From the NCBI GenBank assembly GCA_000182565.2, contig KQ257457.1: a DNA stretch of 64,000 nucleotides; one strand, written 5' to 3'. Origin of the DNA: Spizellomyces punctatus DAOM BR117 (Eukaryota). Below are positions 1-8,900 of this stretch, piece after piece. Made by a program: the position numbers and the translations under genes. The first letter of the stretch is position 1. Every line of letters starts with the position of its first letter. The notes beneath the pieces are model-generated. The model saw only the letters and a program-made list of their open reading frames with translations, did not search any database and was not told the origin of the DNA.

Positions 1-497
1 GGGACTCGCATATAAAACGCTCGTTTCCCATTTTGAAGCACTGTTGGAACTTGGTTTCTGCAGAAAGAGAGGTCCCAGCATTGAAATATCAATTGTGCTC
101 ACTCGTTTTTCTAATGCATGTACACTCCAACCATCAATGAGTGCTATTGCAAAGGCAGCTAAATCCTACACTGTTTATCGCCGGGCACCTTTTATGGCAC
201 ACTGCAACACTAACTTGCAACCATGCAGTTAGTGTAGGAGTGGTACATGGTTGCATGGCGTTTATGTCTGGAGGATTGGGCAATGACCTTTGTTGTCATC
301 ATTTCTGTACAAGTATTCACTTTATCAATATATCAAGGACTTGGCAGCTAAAATAGGAAATCCAACACTTTTCGAGTTCATATCACTTGCAAGGGCGGGT
401 AATATCACACATTTCATTTGAAAGCTTCAACCGCTAATCACCTATATTCAAACATGGAGTTCTCTATAATTGATTTCATCCAATCTTACGATCATCA

Positions 498-586
498 TCT
501 ATGCTGTTTCAATAGTGCGGAGCCGATGGGTATTGGCACTAGCACCCGCACCAGGGATTGAACCGGCGACAACCAGTTCGGAAAAG
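498..586 (-). ncRNA. Fanzor omegaRNA: ~74-nt scaffold (586-513) plus a guide read from flanking DNA (from 512 downward, TTGAAACAGCATAGA...)
   Basis: Lies just 3' of the Fanzor stop and overlaps the right TIR. Minus strand reads CTTTTCCGAACTGGTTGTCGCCGGTTCAATCCCTGGTGCGGGTGCTAGTGCCAATACCCATCGGCTCCGCACTA. Visible stems are GAACUGG/CCGGUUC, GGGU/ACCC and GUGCGG/CCGCAC. It resembles the published SpuFz1 scaffold as I recall it. Ends are approximate. Confidence 0.85.
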
Positions 587-1270
587 GTAATCTAACTAAT
601 CTACGCTACGGCTGGAACACCCCTGCTGAACACTTTTGGTCTACCGTGTCCATCTAACATTGATTGCACGATCATCAGCATGTTGCAGGTGCTCAGCGTG
701 TCCCTGTTCCAGTAGCGCATCGTCCAGGCTTGCTGACAGTTAGGGTTGGTACAACCCAGCAATCCATGGACTTTTTCAATCTTGCCTTCGCGACGGCGCC
801 AAGGTCTTGAATGAGGTCGTGTTTTGAAGCCTTTTTCAAGGAAGTCAGCAGATGAGGCCAAACAGTGAGGGCAGACAGATGAGGTCTTGTACTCGTCGAG
901 AAGGAAGCAGTTGATCCTGTTGCGCTTAAAGAGGGTGCGCCAACCTTTCGTCTTTGATGAGGTCTGAAATCTTGCAGTTCGACCGGCATCACTCCAATCA
1001 CCCATCACAATGGTGAAGTTCCCAAACTTGTTGCGCATGTTGGATATGAGGTTTGATTCACTCTTCTGACGGTTTATAAATGCATGCCACTTCCACTGCG
1101 TGTGGGCAGGGTGGGAGTAGAATTCCTTTCGATGATCTGAATCTGTGCGGCAAACAAGAAGGTAGCAAGTGAAGTCCATGAGGTTCATCGTCTTGTGGCT
1201 TGGGATATGTGATTCTATGAGGTCCATTCCCGCTTCCTTCTTCATCTGCTGCCGTTCCTTTGCAAATCGC

Positions 1271-1322
1271 TGTGACAGTGCATATTTTTATGATTGCAAT
1301 CATAAAAATATGCACTGTCACA
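1271..1322. mobile_element. 52-bp perfect palindromic insertion (TG...CA) with a 5-bp target-site duplication; mini-MITE-like
   Basis: TGTGACAGTGCATATTTTTATGATTG|CAATCATAAAAATATGCACTGTCACA, flanked by ATCGC at 1266-1270 and 1323-1327. Removing it and one ATCGC restores the Fanzor frame. Confidence 0.85.
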
Positions 1323-2301
1323 ATCGCCGGCTACCAGTCTCCTTGCAGCATTGATTGGCGGTATAGCGAAACATTGTTGCACCATTGCTGTCTTGGCAGT
1401 AGAGAAGGTCGTGCTTGTTTGGGTCGATAATGACAATGTTCTCTGCTGCTTGACAAGCAGGCAAGTTGTTTTCCACATAAAGCGCTTTAACCTCTGCCTC
1501 CATCTTGTTTGCTGACTTTTTCCCTCTGCCGCTGTGCTTTCCATACTTGTCAGCTTCAGGATGTTTCAAGTAAACTGACACCGAGGTACTGTCTGTCATG
1601 ATTGAGCCTTCAAACTGCATACCACAGCGAGACTGAAAAGCTTTGGTACATAGATTACAGATGCGCAACCATAAATCGACCTTTTCGACAGTTTCCGCTT
1701 CTCGTCGCGTGATGCAAAGAAGGTGAGAGTAGAGGATGATGGTGTCGATTTGCACGTGACTTTGAATGAGCGAGCGATGAAGAGGTATGGTGCTAAACCG
1801 TCGAAATCCGTGATGCTCATAGAGTCAGGAGAGTTTGCAGTATGCAGGAAAGAAGGCGAGAGGGTCTACAGCAACCGAATATGTGAGTGGCTGGTCGTCA
1901 GAAAGGGGAATGCTAAGGGACCAAATCTCTTCTAGAAGTTCACTCTCTTCAGCAGTCAAGTCATCAAGCGACTCAGGCACAATATCAAAAAGGAAAATTG
2001 ACTTCAAGTAGTGAAGACGAGCAAAGAAAGCGTTTTGCGCATCGCTTTTCAGTGGCAGTCGCTGCTTCTGTCTCTTCACATCAAGCCACAGATTAATGTA
2101 CCGGAGCAGCATCATCATGAAGTGTTCCTGGACATTGACCTTCAGATTCGTCATCATACTCGCTGTCAGATAATTGACTGATTGCTGCTCTTTTTGTACA
2201 TTTGGATGAACGAAGCCGACGATGTTGCAGTACCATTGGATGTATGGCAACAAGGATTCGCATAACGCCTTCTTTGCACCAGTTTTTGGTTGCCATGATT
2301 C

Positions 2302-2873
2302 TGTAACGGATTTTTTGTTGGTAGACTATGGTAAAGACAACTTGGGTCTCCTAGCAGGTTGTGTGGGTGTCCGTACTAGGAATCGTAGTCTCCAAATCCT
2401 TTCTTTGGGCGTCGGTAGCGACTTGAGGGCGAGAGGCAAGGAGAGTCGGTTAGTTGTGAACCGAGCAGGATTTAGAGGCTTCAGTGCAGGTGATCAGGCC
2501 GTTGAAGCGCTCTGTTAGGTTCCTGTTAACCTAGGATTGGGGTTGAGAAGCTAGTTGTGGGGATTTTTTGTCGCTACGGCTTCTGGCCGCCGACTTATTT
2601 TATTGAATTCCTCTTTTTATACAAGAATATGCTACGGTAACGTCTACACTAGTTTCCGTAGCCTTCATTAGGGTGGCGGCGTCCGATCTTCCCATCTCGG
2701 ACCATCGCCATGATCGATCATGGCTGCGTAATGTATCCTTCATGCTGCGCTGGTGTAGCCCAGAACCGAGCTTGATCTTAGGGGTTTCGAAGCTTAGGTT
2801 ACAATTGTGGAAACCTCAATCATGGTCACCTGATGCCTTTGAGTGAACCGGTTTATCAGAGTCGTTCGCTACA
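2302..2873 (-). repeat. 3' LTR
   Basis: Direct repeat of 10555-11126 with about 9 substitutions by manual comparison. The PPT is adjacent. Confidence 0.97.
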
Positions 2874-2884
2874 TCCCCCCTTCG
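2874..2884 (-). other. Polypurine tract
   Basis: Minus strand reads GAAGGGGGGA immediately before the 3' LTR. Confidence 0.85.
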
Positions 2885-2930
2885 AAAAAGAAGGTTCGGC
2901 GACTCATCTGTGAGTGCCCGAACCTCGCTT

Positions 2931-5900
2931 CTACCATGACGCAACTGGATAGTCGTCGTCAGCTTCAAGGCTGTCTTCATTGATCATCCAGATTATGGTA
3001 GCGCGCCCCATGACGTTCGTGCAGAACCAAATTTGGTCAGTGGCTTCCGGAGCCGGGGTTCCAGGTGTCCTGGAACCGTTGGCTCGGGTTACGTAGAGGG
3101 CTGTGAACGTCTCTGCGGCCCTTTTCAAGTTAACCGCTCGAAAGTGGTAATAGGCGTGCTCCCGATGTTTGGGACGGAGCTGCTCTTCTGTGGTTTCAGC
3201 TGCGTTGGCTAGCTTTAACAACACTGCTCTCGCGGCTTCGATGGCTATGTCCGCGAAATCGTGGGCCTCGCGATCGGGCCAGAGGGTGAAGTGGGCCGTT
3301 TTGGGGTTTCCGGCCGCATGTTGAGGGACCCCAGCGTCAAGCCAGGCGGCGCAGGGTACGTCCCGTAATCTCTTCCCGATCTTTTTTGCGTCAGCGACGA
3401 TACCGACAGCTGCTTGACCACCGTCGGAAGCCCTACTGTAGGGCTCCGCGATATGCATCGTGAGGGGCTGGCTCGTGGCGTACGGCTTTGAAGCCCCGTC
3501 AACCACCCAATCTTCACCACGATAGTGTTCGAGGGGTTTGTTTGGGTCTTCGAACAGCTCACGAATCCAAACTTCAACCCAGGTGGCCATAGCTGCTCCG
3601 AGCTGCTCGATAGAGTTCTCGGCAGCGAAGGCGTCGCTTACTTCTGACCAGGGATAGCCTTCCTCAAGGGTAGAGAGGATGCTGACTCCTTGTTGTCCTC
3701 GGATATCGGTGGTCATGGTGTTGGAAACGAAAGCTTTTGTCTCGGTGTTGATAGACAAGGTTTGCGAAGCAGAGTAGGTCTGTAAGGGAGATAGGTCGTA
3801 GGTAGTTGAAGAAGAAAAAAGAGGGGGAGCGTGCAGGGGCGTCCTTTTAAGGTCGTTGCCGGCTGATTTTGACAGCTCGGACGCGCGTAAGCGTGATCGG
3901 GAGGCTTGGTGTGGCGTTCTTGACTGGTGAGGTAAGCCGCGCGAAACTGGTTTTCTTTCTGGTGAGAGGGCGTGATTATCACGTGAGCTATTGTCCGGAT
4001 AAATCGTGAAGCATTGGTGGTCGGAAGCATAAGCCAGGGCGTCACCTGCAAAGCTGACTACCAAGGAGTCCTCTACTAGTGCGCTAGTGGGAGCTCTGGA
4101 TCTCCAGTACTCTTCTAAGGCTTCGGAAGCCTCTGTTAGGGCTTCCTCTGGTTCCCAGGTATCCTCATGGGGTGGGTATCCAGCCCAACGTATTCGAAAT
4201 TGACGCTTTCCGCGCCTGGTTTGATGGTCTACTATTGCTTCCACTTCGAACTCGCCTTTTGAAGCGTCGGAATCCTCCATTTGTGCTTCCGCGATCCTTT
4301 CCTCAGTTTTGGCGTCGACAGGCTTCTGGTACGGACGTAATTTCGATATGTGAAACCATGGGTGAAGTCGTCTCATCTTGTCTGGCAGTTTTAGCTCATA
4401 GTTGTCGCGGAGAGGGTTGCAGTCGGTCACCGTGACTGGTCCCAGCCATTTCGGAGCGATCTTGGACTCATACCCTGCTAGGTTTTTTGTGCTCAGAAGC
4501 ACCTTATCTCCTCTCCGGAACTCCAGATGTCGTCGCAATAAATCGTAATATCTTTTCTGCGAGTCCTGGGCCTCGATCATCAGATCCTGGATAAGGATGT
4601 TTAGGTCTCCAAGATGTTTACAGAGCTCTTCCGCGTCTGCATTTCTGGTTTCTGACGGCCTTTCAACGATGTCCGCCAGTGGATTGTGGGGCTCATAGCC
4701 TAGGTCCATCTTGAACCACGTCATTTTTGTCGCCTCGTGTACCGTATCGTTGATAATGAATTCTGCAACCGGAAGAAAGGTGTCCCAGTCGTCTAATCGG
4801 GTGTTGACCATTGTGGTAAGGACCTGCAAGACCGTTGCGTTGTCTCTCTCTGATTGTCCATCACCTTGAGGGTGGTAGGCTGTGGTGAGCTCTTGATTAA
4901 TCTTTAGGTTTTTGCAGACCTCCTGCCAAAATCGACTTGTAAATTTGGGGTCGCGGTCTGAGATGATAGTTTCCGGGATGCCGTGCAATGGGACGTAGTG
5001 TTCTATAAATAGTTCCGCGACCTGAGTAGCTGTCGCAGTGCTCTTGAAGGGCCATACGTGGATCCTCTTTGAGCATTTACAAGCTATTAGCCAAAAGGCA
5101 TCGTACCCTCTGGAAGTAAGTGGGAGCTTGGTTACGAAGTCAGTTGTGATGACTGTCCAGCGTCCCGGAGCTGGTGGTATGGGTTTCAACAACCCCGGAA
5201 TCAGTTGCAGTACCCTTTTTGAGCGTTGGCAGGTTTCACATCCTGCGCAATGTTTTCTGAAATCTTGTGCCATTTTCGGCCACCAGACTTGTGCTGCAGC
5301 TCTAGCGTAGGTTCTTTCGAATCCGAAGTGTCCTCCCCCCTCGTGAAAAAGCTTGCGCACCTCGGGGGTGCAAGCAGGGGGCACGTAGAGGCGCCAAAGG
5401 TCTTCGGAGACTGAAAAACGGTGCCACAGCAGGTTATCTGCACGTTGCCAGTCCTGAAGAAAGCGCGCGTCGGCTGTAGTGTAGGTGTCGGGGCTGGTCT
5501 CCCATAGGAGCGTGCGGGCCTGTTGGGCTATGGGGTGGAGCTGGCTGGTGAGGCCAGCGCGGATGGCGGCAATGAGTGCAGGCTGTAAGGCCAGACGAAA
5601 GACGGCATCTGCCAGTGTTGAGGAAGGTGCGAGAGCAGCTGGTGTGGTGCGCAGCCGTCGTCTTCCGCGTTTCGACACCCATATTTGGGTCGCGGTGGAG
5701 CAGAGTAGGGTTTCCGCTCCTAGTAGCCGTGAAAGTGTATCAGCGACAATGTGAAAACGTCCTGGTTTGTGAACGATTGTCATCCATTCGGACCAGTAAC
5801 TAAGATCGAGGGCCCAGCGGAGAAGCTTACGGTTCTCGCCTTTGTATTTAGCGAGCCACAAAAGAGCTCGGTGATCAGTAATGACCGTGAAAGGCAGGCC

Positions 5901-8900
5901 TTCGAGGTATGGGCGGAGTTTTCCGAGGCCCCAAATGAGGCATCCGGCCTCGAGTTCGACGGGGGGGGCCTTCTTTTCCGAGGTGGTGGTGCCTCGGGAA
6001 TGGTAGCACAGCGGGTGTTTAGAAGCATCCGGCTGTAACTGTTCGAGCGTGACATTAAATGCTGTGTAGGAAGCGTCACTGTGAAGGGTGTAGGGGAACC
6101 CTTTTCTGGGTGCCGCGAGCACTGGAGCTGTTGTCAGAGCCTGCTTGGCGGCTGCGAAGGCAGAGTTTCGGGAATCGGTCCATGAAACTTCACGCTTCGC
6201 AATAAATCTGCGCAGACCTTGGTCGGGGCGCTTGCGAGCAAGGCGTCCGACACAAAAGGGGTCAATGGGTAAGTCCGCCAGCGATGATTGGCGTAGATTG
6301 ACCACCGGTAGGTCTGAGGAGCTAGATTTCGGATGTTGCGAAACCTCAAATCGGGCTCCGGTGGCTGTGATTGTAGGGGCCACCGCCGTGTCGAGCATGG
6401 ATGGTGAATTGAGCTTTTCAGCGCCTTTCTTCGGGTCAGCGCGACCCTTTTTAAGGTCTCGGTATTTGCGAACGCCCTCTTGGATAGCGTCTTGCAGGGG
6501 TCGGACGAGTTCCGCGTAGCGAGAAATGAATTGGGCGTAGAACCCTAGGAGACCCACAAATGACCATAGGTCACCTATGAATTTGGGTTGTGGCCAATCG
6601 ACTATGGTTGCGACCTTGTCTGGATCGGTAGCGAGACCCTGAGAGGAGGCAACGAAACCGAGGGCCGTGAGCTGGTGAAAGAGCCATTGACACTTGTCAA
6701 GTCTTAGGGTGAGTTTGGCTCTGGAAAAGCAGTCGAGCCAGTCCGCGATGGCGTCTAGGGCTTCCGCGGCTGTCTCCGCTCGTGTGTGGATATCGTCGAC
6801 GAAGTTGTTGATATTTCGCCATTTGGAGGGACCCAAGGTGTCGTCCATCACCCGACAGAAGTGCGAGGGGGCAGTCTTGGGTCCGAAGGGCATAAAGAGT
6901 GGTTCATAGATGCCGTCATGGAGTCTGAGCGCGAGCCATTTGCGTACCGACGCATCGGTGATGGCGATTTGGTAGAATCCTTTGTTTGCGTCACCTCCCG
7001 ATATGTATCGGAATGGGACTGCGATGATCCAGTTCAGGATGTCGAGCATGATGGGAAAGGGATATGGATCCCAGGCCATGCAGTCGTTGGCTCGGCGATA
7101 GTCGAAGGCTACGCGCGGGGGTTTGTCTGCATAGCGAATGATAACAGGATCGCTGGCGAAGGTTACTTCGGTGGTTCGTTTCCACCTCTGAAGCCCCATC
7201 ATGGTGTCTCGCTCCGTCTCGAGGGCTGTGCGCTCCAACGGAGAGTACGACCGTGGCCTCGAAAGGGGTGGCGGAGCCGAGATAAATCGAGGCGCATAAG
7301 GAATCTTGGTGTAGTTCCCTATGAGATGACCCTCATAGCTGAAGGCTTGATGGAAGTGTCGTAGAATGTTGATTAGGGCCCAGACCACAGGTTTGGGTCG
7401 CTTGAGATCGACGTGGAAATGTTCCGCGTCTTTTAATTGGGCTTCGAAGGCCCCTGGAGCCCTCTCCGTAGAGTCGAGGTTCCATTTGTTCCAAAGTGTC
7501 TGCCATTCTTCTTTGGAAATGTTCTCTTCGGGGTCCGCAACCGAATTATGGGTCGCGGTGGACAGTTTGAGGCCTAACGGGACTGTTGAGCTAGCAGCGG
7601 TGGCCTCAAGAGGGTTTTCGATGAGAAAAGTTTGGGCTGCCACGCACGTCTGTCCCGTGATTAACATGGTTAATCTAGACTTCTGAGCTTTGGCTTTGGT
7701 CAGCCGTGGCATTGACACATCCTTCATGAATTCACCCTGCTTGGTTTTGTATGGCGTGCCGCGCATGTGATCGGTGTCCAGCTCATCCGTTATGGAGCAA
7801 GGGATAAGGATGTCCGGATTCTTGAGCGTCACCGCGAAACTGGGTAACGGGGGTTCCTGAACCAAGGTTTGGAGTTTCAAATGTCCCAGAACATCGTTGG
7901 CTAGGATGATGAGAGGTTTCCCATATGCAATGACTCGGAAATAGGCGCGGAAAGTCAGGTATTCTCCTCCGCGGCCTCTGAGGGAAGTTTCGAGGCATAC
8001 TGTCTTGGTAGATGAGATACGTCCACCAATGCCTTTGAAAGCCATCGTTTCCGCATCCTGCAAATCGGTTTCGGAGAACAGAAGGCCCTGGTACGTGTCG
8101 GAAACCAGAGACTCGCAGGCTCCTGTGTCTAGTACCACAGGTGCCCAGAGCTGAGCGATGACGGCTAGCGTCCAGCAAGGCTGCGTTTGGGTCTTGGTCT
8201 GGCTTTTGAGTACATCGCCTAAATCTACCGAGTAGAAGGCGTTGATGGAAGGCACCACGACCTCGAAATGGGGCACGATGTCATTAATTGTTGCTTCCGT
8301 AGCCTTGATCGCACTCTCAAAGTGCTCTCTAGATTTGTCGTTTTGTGGTTTTGTTGTTTTATTCTGGCGAGCAACTTGTTCGATAGCCAGCATGACTATA
8401 TGCGTCCGTTCGCTCTCTTCGTGTCTTTGGAGATGTGGATGGTCTTTAACGTGCAGAAATTTGGGGTTTCCGCGACGATAATAATAGTCTGAGCGAACGA
8501 TATTGCCTGTCAGGAGAAATGCCACCAGTTGCAGGTTGGCGTAAGAATCAAAGATAACAGGATCTTCGGAGCTCCACATCAAGAATTTCTCACGCTCGTC
8601 GAGCCTTATCCAGGCAAGGAGGATCAAACGAGGGGTACCATCTTCTCGGACTTTTCGCAGGATTCGATCCTTGTCAGCTTTGGCTGCGGCAGCGATGTAG
8701 AGGTGGTGGGAACTCCACGCAACTGCGTAGGGGTCGTTCCCGAGGTGCCCGGCGCCTCGCTTCGGTTCTTTGGCGAAGAAGCTGAGCGCGCGGGGGTTGT
8801 TGCCCATCATCAGAGCCACTTGCGGGGTGCCCCAGATGATGGCTATGTTGTCCCAGACTTGGTCCCAGCCCTGCGTGGGCGTGCGGGGGTCCTCTTCCTT

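Noticed and set aside
2222-2518. Duplicated ORFs (also 10568-10771)
   Set aside because: These are chance antisense frames inside the LTRs.
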